From the NCBI RefSeq assembly GCF_006345805.1, contig NC_043010.1, forward strand, positions 61,814,001 through 61,878,000: a stretch of 64,000 bases of DNA, given 5' to 3'. The notes beneath the pieces were generated by a model. The model was not told the origin of the DNA and searched no databases. It worked only from the letters and a program-made list of their open reading frames with translations. Each line of letters begins with the position of its first letter. Within the stretch, counting starts at the first letter, position 1. This document shows, one piece after another, positions 11,510 to 23,478 of the stretch. This DNA is from Octopus sinensis. Its lineage: Eukaryota. Position numbers and translations under genes: made by a program.

Positions 11510-12063
11510 CTATCCAAAAGGGTTTGTCAACACAATATTCACACGCTATTAAATTAAGTACCAGTTGCGTACTGAGGTCGATCTAATCGACTGGTCCCCT
11601 CCCCAAAAATTTCGGGCCTCGTGCCTACGGTAGAAAAGGATATTTACACGCTATTATTTATAGCTCCATGTGCTTCGAGATCAACTGCTCCAAAACAATT
11701 AGTTCACACCCTCTCGAAAGTTTATAAGTTCTTATGACATCAACAACACAATTCTCGCTGGTAAGAGTAAAATTTCTAAAATAAGGAAATTCGAAGGATT
11801 GTTTTAGCCCAACGTTTGTGTTGGATGGATGGATGGATGAATGGATAGATAGGTAGATAGACAGACAGACAGACAGTCAATTAGACAAATAAGGGGGAGA
11901 GAGAGAAGTCCACTCGATGTTACAGTATTTGATACTTGTCCAAAGTGGGACAGAAACCAGAATGACGTGGTTCAAAATAAGTTTTTTAACTACACAACGA
12001 TGCCCGCTCTGCGTCTGCCACAGATGCCAGCCAGGCAACACTTGAGTTCCATCATAGCCTTAG

Positions 12064-12430
12064 TGGAAGCGCAATGGCCCAATGGTTAGGGCAGCGGACT
12101 CGCGGTCGGAGGATCGCGGTTTCGATTCCCAGACCGGGCGTTGTGTGTGTTTATTGAGCGAAAACACCTAAAGCTCCACGAGGCTCCGGCAGTGGGTGGT
12201 GCGACCCCTGTTGTACTCTTTCGCTCCAACTTTCTCTCTCACTCTTTCTTCCTGTTTCTTGTCCCCAACTTCCTACGCAACCGCTGAGCCTGGATGCGCA
12301 ATCATCCATCCGTCGATGCTCTCGGTGTCGGGGGTTGACCTGCTTTCTCTTCTGCGGGTCTTACGAATAGCAAAGGACCACATTTCGGACTTCTCCTACT
12401 GGACGAAGACCGCTACGCTCAACAACAACA
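12064..12430 (+). mobile_element. Family D-headed chimeric SINE with (AAC)n tail and 13-bp TSD
   Basis: Head shared with 25089, 47567 and 58651 but a different 3' half. TSD atcatagcc(t/c)ag-type at 12051-12063 and 12431-12443, one mismatch. Confidence 0.85.
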
Positions 12431-12921
12431 ATCATAGCCTCAGATCAACCCAAGACTTGTGTATAAAACTGGGCAGCAAGAGAGCGTGAAGAAACCTACC
12501 GGATTAACTTGTAGTCACAACCCAGTCCGTAATACCGTTCGTTGTCCGACGGATTCTGGCTGGAGAATTTCTGATAAGCGTCAGCCAGGTCACATTTTAT
12601 TTCAATGAAGAGATGCGACGGCGAACTTCCATTCCTACGTATTTCTTTATGGGTGTGGTAAATGAAGATGTCCCTCCTTGACCCATTATCATCTTCACCA
12701 CTTGTCATTAAGTCAAGTGGTACTTGAACCAACAAGAGGCTTCCGTGTGGTCAGGCGACTTGTTAGAAATAGCTGCCATACTCCCTGCAAGTCCCACTCT
12801 ACCACAGAGGTCGGCAAACGTCTTAACTCACTGACCCCGAGTCAAATAAAAACAATTTCTTGATTTAAGAACAATAATTCCTTCGTTCTTTTGTAACATT
12901 ACTACTTTTAATAAGAAATAT

Positions 12922-13265
12922 TTCTTTTAATATTTGTTTCGGTCATTAGAATGAGGCCATGCTGGAGCGCCACTTTGAAGAATTTTTAGTCAAATGAATC
13001 AACTCTAGTACTTTTTTAAAATCCTGATACTCATTGAATCTATCACTTTTGCTGAATCGCTAGGTTATGGGGGACAAATATAGACACAAACATATATACA
13101 TATGACAGGCTTCTTTCAGTTTCCGTCTACCAAATCCACTCACAAGGCTTTAGTTGGCCCAGAGTTATAGTAGAAGACACTTGCCGAAGGTACCGCATAG
13201 TGGGACTGAACCTGGAACCATGTGGTTGGGAAGCAAGCTTCTTACCACACAGACAAGCCTGCGCC
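12922..13265 (-). mobile_element. SINE family A/B
   Basis: Reverse-complement match to 2613-3016. Confidence 0.8.
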
Positions 13266-13554
13266 TATTTAAAGAAATTTAAAGAAATACTTACTGAAAC
13301 TGGATCAAAATTCAGAGATATTATGGCCGAAATAGAATATTTAATGTAATATGCGATTAGTGAAGATGAGTTATTTCATCAATATCTGGCTGGAAATTAG
13401 TGTTTCAGCTGAGAATTACCCAAACTCTTCCAGATTCAGTTCACTAATAATTCATTAATGTTAACACTCAAAATCGTCTCAGGTGTTTAACGAACCCTTG
13501 GGGATCTATAGACCCCATCCTAGGGTTCATTATCAACCACTCTGCTGATCCCTA

Positions 13555-14375
13555 CTCTGCCATCTTAAAAACGAAATAATGCATTAGATAATGTAGTCCT
13601 AGATATAATATGTCTGATTATATAGGAGAGACGGTCGTGGTTGGCACGTCTATGATCATAGGTTGGCTCATTCAAAACTGATCTGGGGATACAATATTAT
13701 AATACAGTACTAGATAAACTGTCTAAATAAAATACAGTGATGGTCATGGCTGGAACACCTTTGATCATAGGTCTGCTCTAACAGGACTTGTAGCTCTATA
13801 TATACTGTCTGAATACAAGTCTGGTTGGTCATGGCTAGCAAGTCTGCTGGATGAGGTCTGACCTGGGAGAGAACAACACCAAGTGGACCCAGTAATACCC
13901 TACAAACCCCTAATTCCAGATTATCATTTACTATTCTTTAACCTGAGATGAACTGTCCCCTAAAACACCAGGAAGAAGACATCACAATGTATTTGACAGC
14001 AAATGTTTAGCCCCAGATGAATAACCAAAGACATTCCACCTATGACCATGCCATCTGTTTACCCGTTCAGGAGGTATATCTAGGAAATGAACTATTGTGT
14101 TCTTCTTTTTAAGGTTTGTGAGTTCAGTAAGATTTAGCTGCTATTTCTAAAATGTTGAATGACCCATGTAGAGATCCCTGTAGTGTAAATATAGCTGATG
14201 TAGTTTAGCCCCTGGTCAGCCCTGATTGAGTAACCATATAATTAAAGTTGTGATTATCCCCTCTTTTCATACATTTAACACTACATTGTCTAATATGTCC
14301 TTTGTTTTTCTTTTTAAGAAATTAGCATATGATTTGAACATTTGGCTGCTATCTCTAGCAGGCTGAGTGACCTCG
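13555..14375. repeat. Cluster of degenerate family F repeats, both orientations
   Basis: tagataatgtagtcctaga, ggtcatggctgg and gctgctatttcta motifs. Confidence 0.6.
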
Positions 14376-14548
14376 GGGAAGCTTTCCCCTCGCTGATTCA
14401 CTGAAAATAGGTGTTGCTAGGTTTATGTCAGCTGACTTGTGTGTTTGTTTTGCTGTGTGCAATTGTATACTATTCACAACACGATACATACAATAGAAAC
14501 AAGTAGGACAAATTATTGACTTATAGACATTTAATACACTTGGAAAGA

Positions 14549-14934
14549 GCGGTGAGCTGGCAGAAACGCTAGCACGCCGGTCGAAATGCTTAGCAGTATT
14601 TCGTCTGTCTTCACGTTCTGAGTTCAAATTACGCCAAGGTCGACTTTGCCTTTCATCTTTTCAGGGGTCGATTAAATAAGTACCAGTTACGCACTGGGGG
14701 TCAATGTAATCGACTTAATACCTATGTCTGTCCTTGTTTAGCCCCTTGTGGGTAGTAAAGAAATAGGTATTTTGTCAGTCTTCAAGTTCTGAGTTCAAAT
14801 GCAGCCAGGGTTGACTTTGCCTTTCATACTTTCAGGGTTGATAAATTAAGTACCAGTTATGCACTGGTGTCAATGTAATTGACTTAATCCCTTCCCCCAA
14901 ATTTGAGGCCTTATGCTTCCAGTAGAAAGGATTT
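14549..14934 (+). mobile_element. Dimeric SINE family C (one head, two bodies, two different tails)
   Basis: gagctggcagaaacg head; body repeated after ...gtagtaaagaaata|ggtattt. Same architecture at 34295-34695. Confidence 0.8.
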
Positions 14935-15091
14935 ACTACACTAGGTACTAAATTACGATTGCAAAATGAAATACATTGTCTCAACCAGCAGCTAGTACAC
15001 ACATGGTTCAAAAATACATTTAGAAAAAACTAAGATGGGTGAAAGAACAAACAGTATGTATTAGTTTGATGCATAAGAAAATTGGAAAAAG

Positions 15092-15129
15092 TCTTTGACA
15101 TTTTGAGCCTATGCTCTTCTTCAGAAAGA
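15092..15129 (-). ncRNA. Degenerate minimal type I hammerhead ribozyme motif (family 1)
   Basis: Minus strand UCUUU CUGAAGA A GAGC AUAG GCUC AAAA U GUC AAAGA. Stems I and II pair; G12 and C15.2 are altered. Confidence 0.55.
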
Positions 15130-15298
15130 AATGAGGAGAGAGAAAAAAATGCAGAGAAAGGAAAGACAACTGTGCCAAAGCTGACACCGGAACTCAACAC
15201 AACCCTGTGGCTTGCCAGATGCTGTCTAACTGTTTAACCTAGACCAGCATGGAAAGCAAGAGGAGTATAAAAGTAAATGAATGGACAAAAATATATAT

Positions 15299-15682
15299 TC
15301 TTTTATTCTTTTACATGTTTCAGTCATTTAGCAGCAGCCATGCTGGAGCAACGCCTTTTAGTCAAAGACATTGACACTTGGACTTATTCTTTGTAAACCT
15401 GGTACTTATTCTATCAGTCTCTTTTGCCGAACTGCTAATTTACAGGGACATAAACATACCAACATCAGTTGTCAAGAGATGGTAGGAGGGACAAACACAG
15501 ACATACAAATATTTATATGTTTATATATACAAATATGATGGGTTTCTTTCAGTTTCCATCTACCAAATCCATTCACAAGGCCTTAGCAGAAGACGCTTGT
15601 CCAAGGTGCCATGCAGTGAGACTGAAACCCGAACCATGTTGTTGGGAAGAGCAATATTCTTACCAGACAGCCACACCTGCAC
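15299..15682 (-). mobile_element. SINE family A/B
   Basis: Reverse-complement match to 2613-3016. Confidence 0.8.
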
Positions 15683-15704
15683 ATATATACACATATGTAT
15701 GTAC

Positions 15705-15985
15705 ATGGCCATTGCCAGCGCCACCCCGACTGGCCTCATGCCGGTGGCATGTAAAAAGCACCATCTGATTGTGGCCGTTGCCAGCCTCGCCTGGCACCTG
15801 TGCGGGTGGCACGTAAAAAGCACCCACTACACTCTCGGAGTGGTTGGCATTAGGAAGGGCATCCAGCTGTAGAAACATTGCCAGATCAGACTGGGCCTGA
15901 TGCAGCTTTCTGGCTTCCCAGACCCCAGTTGAACTGTCCAACCCATGCTAGCATGGAAAGCGGACGCTAAACGATGATGATGATA
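15705..15985 (+). mobile_element. SINE family E
   Basis: Match to 6235-6510, (GAT)n tail. Confidence 0.8.
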
Positions 15986-16590
15986 TATATACACACACAC
16001 TCACATACAAAATAATAAATAATAATAATAATGTGTTTTGAATGGCACAACAATGCCCTATAATAACTGTTGTAATTTAATCATCAATCAATCCCTAGGG
16101 ATATCCGAAGAAGGAATTTTTATATTCCGAAATATCATATCAGACTATGGATGACGAAATTACAACAATTATTAAAATCCATTGTTGTGCAATTCAAAAC
16201 ACATTATTATCATTATTTATTATTTTTTACAAACAATACACAATGCTTCAAGCAAACTACACTACTCTCCTCTATATATTAAAACATGTAATTGGAAAAA
16301 AAATCTTGGTATTACACATGTTTCGTTTGCTAATAGGAGTTATTACAAAATTGTACATGTCAGAAAAACATATAAGATATCTCCTATTAGAAATTCTTCA
16401 GACAGAATCAAATAATACAAAATTTACATTTGGATGAAGCCTTCATTAATAACCAGTAACGAGGAATCATATAGAGACAGTAGGACGGGAGAATAAAGAA
16501 AAATAAAGATATGAAAAAAAAAAGAGAGAGAGTCAGAGATGGATGCAATAAACTTCCACATTTAACTTTATCTGTATGCATACATAAATA

Positions 16591-16800
16591 CTTTTCTACT
16601 CTAGGCACAAGGCCTGAAATTTGGGGGGAGGGGACCAGTCGATCAGATCGATCCCAGAATGCAACTGGTACTTAATTTATTGACCTCAAAAGGATGAAAG
16701 GCAAAGTCGACCTCGGTGGAATTTGAACTCAAAACGTAAAAGACAAAAAACTGCTAAGCATTTCACTTAGCATGCTAACATTTCTGCCAGCATGCCGCAT
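16591..16800 (-). mobile_element. SINE family C with alternative tail (ccctcccccaaatttcaggccttgtgcctagagtagaaaag)
   Basis: Head and body match family C; tail matches 11590-11640 and 45930-45975. Confidence 0.75.
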
Positions 16801-16874
16801 ATATACACACACATACACATATATATATATACACACACACACACATATATAACCCTATCTACATGCTATATATA

Positions 16875-16912
<38 letters not shown>

Positions 16913-16970
16913 GCAGTGCTCCAGCAGGGCCATAATTAAATGACTGAAACAAGTAAAAGAATACACACAC

Positions 16971-17385
16971 TCTTTTACTTTTTACTTGTTTCAGTCATTA
17001 GGCCATGGCCATGCTGGAGCACTGCCTTGAATTTTTGGCCAAATGACTCTTCCTTGGTACATTGTTATTTTTTAAAGCTTGGCACATATTCTCTCGATAC
17101 CTTTTGCTAAACCACTAAGTTACGGGGGTGTAAACCCATCAAACCCAGTTAACAATCAGCAGTGGTGGACAAACCAAACACATACTCACACATGTGTATG
17201 TATGCATGTATGTATGTGTTTACAATGGGCTTCTTTCAGTCTCCATCTACCAAATCCACTCCTGAGGCTTTGGTTGGCTCAAGGCTATAGTAGAAGACAC
17301 TTGCCCAAGGTACCAACAGAGGAACTGAACCAGGAAGCCATGAGGTTAGGAAGCAAGCTTCTTACCGCACAGCCACGCCTGCACC
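16971..17385 (-). mobile_element. SINE family A/B, tail-to-tail with a tail fragment at 16910-16960
   Basis: Reverse-complement match to 2613-3016. Confidence 0.8.
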
Positions 17386-18749
17386 TATATATACATACAC
17401 ACACACACACACATATATATATACACATACATTCACTTTATATTTATTTCTTAATACTAGCATGGGTTAGGCCAAGGACCAGCAGTCAATATCGATCCCT
17501 GGTGGGAGTCAAGCATTCAGAGTGCTGAATTCTTAGTGAACTAAATCTGGGAGAGCATGGGTGATTTAAGACTAAAACTCACTAATTTCCAGCCATAGGG
17601 TGTGTTTCAGTCTTATTAGACCTTTTCAGTAAAGCATTCCTATTCATTTGGTACTAATGAGAGTGTTCACCAAAACACTAAATTTGTTTCTATCTACCCT
17701 ATTATACTTTAACTCTTCAGTGTTTAAAAAGGCCATGTCCAGCCCAAATATTCTGCGTGTTTTATGCTCAAACTGCCCAGATCTCGCCTCTCATGTCCTA
17801 TCATAATTTAACTTTGCAGTAACTTAGCATAAAGCCATCTCCCTCTCAGCCAAGGGAACTTTTAGTCTTGCGAGTTACATAGAGACCACACGAGTGCTGA
17901 TGCTATGAAAAAAAAATGGGAAAAAAAAAGCACTCAGAACACATTGTAATGTGGTTAGTGTTAGGAAGGGCATCTGGCCATAGAAACCATGAGAAAACTG
18001 AAGGATTGGGGGAGGATGTGGTCCTCCAACCTACTGGATCCCATCAAACCGTCCAACATGGAAAGCAGGTGTGAAATGATGATGGTGATGAGAGCCAGGG
18101 GTATGTATTTTAGTGACACTGCTAATAAATATCCATAGTATGGCCAAATGGAAACACAGACAGTGGTGGTGGTGATGAGAAGGGCGGTGGGGGGCGGACA
18201 GGGGCATTCGGTGCACTAAAGAGCAATAAGGTACAATGCAGTTTACACAAACCTGGAAGGATTTACCATAAATTAATTGCATGGATAAGCTCGGATTTTC
18301 AGAGATGAGATCCCACGTGATAAAATATATTCACTTGCTACTCAATCTGTTGCTACAGCTAGGGCTGGAAGTGTCGAGGTTAGCCCTCTCCTCCGCTTCC
18401 TCCACTGCCATCATCATCATCATCATCATAACCATTGTAATGCAAGCATTACTGTGATTATGTTTTTTGTTTCTTTGAAGCAGCCTTGGGTTGGATAGGT
18501 CTGCATTAGCACCACACTTCTTCAAACCTGCTCAACATCTGTGACACATCATTCGTGTAAGAATTAAGTATCAAAGCTGTTAATATTAATTAACACAACT
18601 CTCACATTACTTGAATTCATTTAAGGTGAGATTTTTTTTGTATCCAGGTATGACAGCTTAGAAGCCACTCAGACGGAACACATATTAAGGTCAATAAGTA
18701 AACAGATACAACAAAACCCACACAGGGATACATCACACACACATACACA

Positions 18750-18837
<88 letters not shown>

Positions 18838-19280
18838 GTCCAACCCATGCTAGCATGGAAAACGGACGCTAAACGATGATGATGATGATGATATATGTAT
18901 ATACATGTATACAGACATACATATACATATATCATCCTCGTTACTTATCTGTTTCCAATGCTGGCATGGGTTGGACAATTTGACTGGAGCTGGTCCAGGG
19001 ATCAGTCCCACTGTGTGGCACCTTGGGCAAGTATCTTCTACTATAGCCTCGGGCCAAACAAAGCCTTGTGAGTGGATTTGGTAGATGGAAACTGAAAGAA
19101 ACTCATCATATATATATGTGTGTGGGTGTATATGTTTGTGAGTCTGTTTGTCCCCCACTATTGCTTGACTAAAGATGGTGCTCCAGAATGGCTGCAGTCA
19201 AATGACTGAAACAAATAAAAGAATATACATACATACATACATATATAAACACACACACACATACATATACACACACATAT

Positions 19281-19319
<39 letters not shown>

Positions 19320-19734
19320 CATATATACACACACACATATATACATACACATATATATATACACACACATATACAGGTATGGATGTGTGGTTAAGCTTGC
19401 TTCACAACTATGTGGTTTCTGGTTCAGTCCCACTGCACAACATGCCAAGCAAGTATCTTGTGAAGGAATTTGGTCAATGGAAACTAAAACGAAGCCTGTT
19501 GTGCATGTTTGTACTTCCTTGCCTTAACACTGTGCACTATATAATGGGAATGAACTACTATCATACAAGAACTGCTGTTTATCATTTATCATGAAAACAT
19601 ATCTGGACAAGGGGAAGATACTGCCTTGCTTGGAAACAGGTGACGACTAGCGACAAGAACATCAGGCCACTGAGACCTGCCTCAAGCATGGAAAAGGGTA
19701 TTGTAAATGATGATGACCTATCATTGAGAGAGCA

Positions 19735-19900
19735 TATCCAATATGAAGTATTACAAGAGCAGAGCGAACTTGATCACAGAATACCAAAAGCAGAAGCCCT
19801 GCTGGGCTGGACAGGTCGCAAGGTTCACAGACAACAGGTGGGCCCATTTAGTTGCCAAGTGGTGTCAAGAAATTGGAGGCCACTCAGAGGCCTCCACAAT
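19735..19900 (+). mobile_element. RTE-clade LINE ORF fragment
   Basis: Translation LITEYQKQKPCWAGQVARFTDNRWAHLVAKW resembles the RTE C-terminal WAGHVAR..DNRW motif. Confidence 0.5.
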
Positions 19901-19911
19901 GATGGGAAGGC

Positions 19912-20300
19912 ATCATCATCATCATCATCATCGTTTAACGTCCGTTTTCCATGCTAGCATGGGTTGGACGGTTCAACCAGGGATCTGGGAAGCCAGAAGG
20001 CTGCACCAGGCTTCAGTCTTATCTGGCAATGTTTCTACAGCTGGATGCCATTCCTAACGCCAACCACTCCGTGAGTGTAGTGGGTGCTTTTTATGTGTCA
20101 CCTGCACTGGTGCCAGGCGAGGCTGGCATCGGCCACGATTGGATTGGTGCATTTTACGTGCCACTGGCATGGAAGCCAGTCGAGGCGCACTGGCTTCGGC
20201 CACGATTCGGATGGTGCTTTTTACGTGCCACTGACATGGAAGCCAGTCGAGGCGGCGCTGGCATTGGCCACGATTCGGATAGTGCTTTTTACGTATCTCC
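19912..20300 (-). mobile_element. SINE family E with three internal 63-68 bp tandem units
   Basis: gtgcttttta-type anchors at 20084, 20147, 20214 and 20282. Confidence 0.85.
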
Positions 20301-21317
20301 AGTCCAGGGGTCCTGGCATCAATTTAGTTAAATGATTTGGGCCAAGAGGGAAAAGAATGTTCCAATCAATGAAGAACAGAAAGCTCGTTGAGACCCTTGA
20401 TGTGTGAATACAGGTGATGCTGGGTTTTACAAATGGGAGGGGCGGGGACTGTGAGGGTTAGAATCTTTATGAGCTGAGATTACTGTGGGTGTGGCTCAAG
20501 GGCCTGGAGTTTTGTGTTGAGATACATTTGATAACTGCCTTGCCATGATATGATACAGCTTTTGTCTTCTACTTCTTCCAGTCAGACTGTGGCCATACTG
20601 GAGTCCACCTTGAAAAATTATGTGACATATTTAAAGCCATGTCTGAGGCCATGTGGGAAGATGAAGGGAGGCATAACATCATCATAACTATTGATCGTTC
20701 CAAACCACATGATGTTTGATTTCGATCACTCTCAGTACATGTCCTCAGATTGACACCCAAACACTCTGAAATGTTCGTAATAGAGCTTCCGGTGCAAATG
20801 CCAATTACCCATCACCCCCTGTATATATATTCAACTCATGCCAGCATGGAAAGCAGACATTAAATGATGACGATGATGAGGAGGATATAAACATACTTCT
20901 TCCAATTTCCATCTAAATCCACTCGTGAGGCATTGGTTGACCCAATGCTACAGTAGGAAACACTGCCATCCAAGAATTTGGACCTGGAGATCTCCATTTC
21001 CAGCGACTTTGAGGGCCACCTCCCAGTGGTGCTGGGCGTCAACGAAGAGCCCCCGACTACAACAAGACAACCAAAGTTTTTTTTTTGTTTTTCCAAGGTC
21101 TGGGATCTCCAGCCCTTAAGCCCTAGACCATCACCTAATCACCCTTACCCGTCTTGTTGCTTAACAACAAAAAAAATATGAAACACTTGCCCATGGTGCT
21201 ACACAGTGGGAACGAACCTGGAACTGTGTTGTTAGAAAGCAGACTTCTAACCACACAGCCATGCCTGTGCCCCTTCATATCTATACATAGTGACTGCTGC
21301 AACCCATTCTTAAGATC

Positions 21318-21965
21318 CTTTATGTGGGCGTTTGACATGTTAGAAATAGCAGTCAAATCTCTCTCCAATCTTTAAAAAGAAAATAACGCATAAGATAATA
21401 TAGTTGCTTTATGCTTTAAAAAGACAGGATGGTCACATCTGGAATGGAGTTCCATCATAGGTGTACTCAATCAGAGTTGACCTGGGGCTAAACAATGAGG
21501 AAATCTCTATGCAGTTGCCCTGATGCTAGAAATAGTGGCCAAATTCTTCTCTAACTTGAACAGAACCCAAAATTAAACAAGGAACACTGAAGCTAAAAGA
21601 AGTTACTTACAAGCTAGAAATAGCAGTCAAATCTTCCACAAATTACAACCTACCATCTTCAAAAAAGGAAAAATTATATAACACAATCGGGGATGCATAT
21701 AGACAATGTCCTCCACTCCTCAAAAGCTGCACTGTCATGCTGGGAATACTTTTGAGCATATATATCTGTTTGACCAGGAGGGACCTGGAACTAAACAACA
21801 ACAATGAGCCTGTATGTGGTCACCCATCATGCTAAAAATAGTAGCCAAATCTTCAAATCACATATCACTGTCATGAAACAAAGAAGGACACATTAGATAA
21901 TGTAGTCCTAGATGCACTTAACCAAGGGTTCGCCCTAACAGGGATAGGATGGGCTTAAACAAGAA
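21318..21965 (+). repeat. Four head-to-tail degenerate family F units
   Basis: ta(g/a)aaatag anchors at about 21341, 21527, 21615 and 21833; ctaaacaa-type ends at about 21494, 21804 and 21965. Confidence 0.7.
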
Positions 21966-22228
21966 CTATTTACGAAGACCATATCTGGTCTACCCCAATA
22001 TATAAGTTACAGCAGCTATAACTTTCTCAAAGTGACTGATATCAGACAGGGGCAACTCTCCACCCCTAATATTAACAAAATTATTTGTACACCCCCCCCC
22101 CATTTTTTATTAAACAAAAGACATATCTTTTATCTCTCATTGGACTGCTGGGGTACCACCTCGTAAAGGTTTTTAGTTAATCAAATTGACCCTAGGACTG
22201 AACTTCTTTTTTTTCAAGCCTGAAAATG

Positions 22229-22390
22229 CACCTGTGATTTTGCCACATGTGCATTTACATGGTGCCACCACGGATGCTGCTACATGGCACCTGTGATGCC
22301 GGCACATGTGCATTTACATGGTGCCACCACAGATGCTGCTACATGACACCTGCATAGGTGCTTTTACATGGTGCCAACACCAGTGCTTTC
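22229..22390. repeat. 59-bp minisatellite, about 2.7 copies, inside a minus-strand A/B SINE
   Basis: Unit starts at 22229, 22288 and 22347 (cacctgtgat...gctacatg). Confidence 0.85.
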
Positions 22391-22876
22391 TATGATGGGC
22401 CTCCACCTAGTTTCTGTCTACCAAATTTACTCACAAAACAATGGTCAGCCCAGGGCTACAGAAGACACTTGCCCAAGGTGCTGTGCATTAAGACTGAACC
22501 CAAAACCATGTGAATACAAAGCAAGCCTCTGAACCACACAGCCATGCTCAGAGCTTGCATAAATATAATTCTTCTTTCTTTGCTAAGGTGTTAGACAAGC
22601 TTAAAACTATCTTAATTTCCTTTTAATCCACAGAGGCCACCTTTCATGAGAAATATTGGATTAACCTACATCAAAGTAGAGCAGTTTTGTTAACGAACTC
22701 CCAAACAGAGGTTCTAACAAGTTATTAATAACACAAGATGGTTAGGTTGTGATCACCCATGCCATCAAAGAGCCAATGATGCTATACCAGATAAATTTGT
22801 TTTGTAATAGAAGCACTGGAGAGAAAAGGGATTATTTGGGGAGAGTTTCTGCATGAAAAATATACAGGGGGGGGGG

Positions 22877-23460
22877 TAAGTAGCTCGCTTACCAACCACA
22901 TGGTTCTGGGTTCAGTTCCATTGCAAGGCACCTTGGGCAAGTATCTTCTGCTATAGCCTTGGGCTGACCAAAGCCTTATGAGTGAATTTGGTAGACGGAA
23001 ACTGAAAGAAGCCCGTCGCACATACATATATATATATATATATATGATTGACTGCTAGCTCCATAAGTTTTTTCTGTTGTCTCTCTGTTTATTTTCTTGT
23101 GTTCCTTTCTGCTGAAGAGCATAGGCTCGAAACATAAAAGACTTTCTCACCTTCCTGAGCATTAAACTAATACACCTGTTTGTTGTTTATACACTTGTCT
23201 TCGTCTTTTGTTTTTCTGTAAATCTGTAAATTTCAACTATATATATATATATATATATGTCTGTGTTTGTTTCCCCACCATCGCTTGACAACCAATGTTG
23301 GTGTGTTTACATCGCTGTAACTTAGTGGTTCTGCAAGAGACGAATAGAATAAGTACTAGGCTTAGAAGGAATAAATTCTGGGATCGAATTGTTCGACTAA
23401 AAGCGGTGCTCCAGTATGGTCACAGTCAAATGACTGAAACAAATAAAAGAGTAAAAGTTA
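22877..23460 (+). mobile_element. SINE family A/B interrupted at its internal (TA)n by a hammerhead-bearing unit (23045-23238)
   Basis: 5' half 22877-23020 and 3' half 23259-23460 match 2613-3016. Confidence 0.8.
23104..23141 (+). ncRNA. Degenerate minimal type I hammerhead ribozyme motif (family 1)
   Basis: CCUUU CUGCUGA A GAGC AUAG GCUC GAAA C AUA AAAGA; A6 and G16.2 are altered. Confidence 0.55.
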
Positions 23461-23478
23461 AGTGGTGGGGGAAATGAA

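Noticed and set aside
12496-12735. Short unique ORFs (also 18331..18525, 48364..48591, 48919..49107)
   Set aside because: No recognisable domain and no consistent splice-site pair; cannot be supported without transcript data.
16068-16167. 18-bp inverted repeat, MITE-like
   Set aside because: AT-rich, 16/18 match, no TSD and no second copy; may be chance.
22229-22390. CRISPR-like array (also family F tandem units and the 60-bp repeat)
   Set aside because: No constant-repeat/unique-spacer structure, no cas genes, eukaryotic context.
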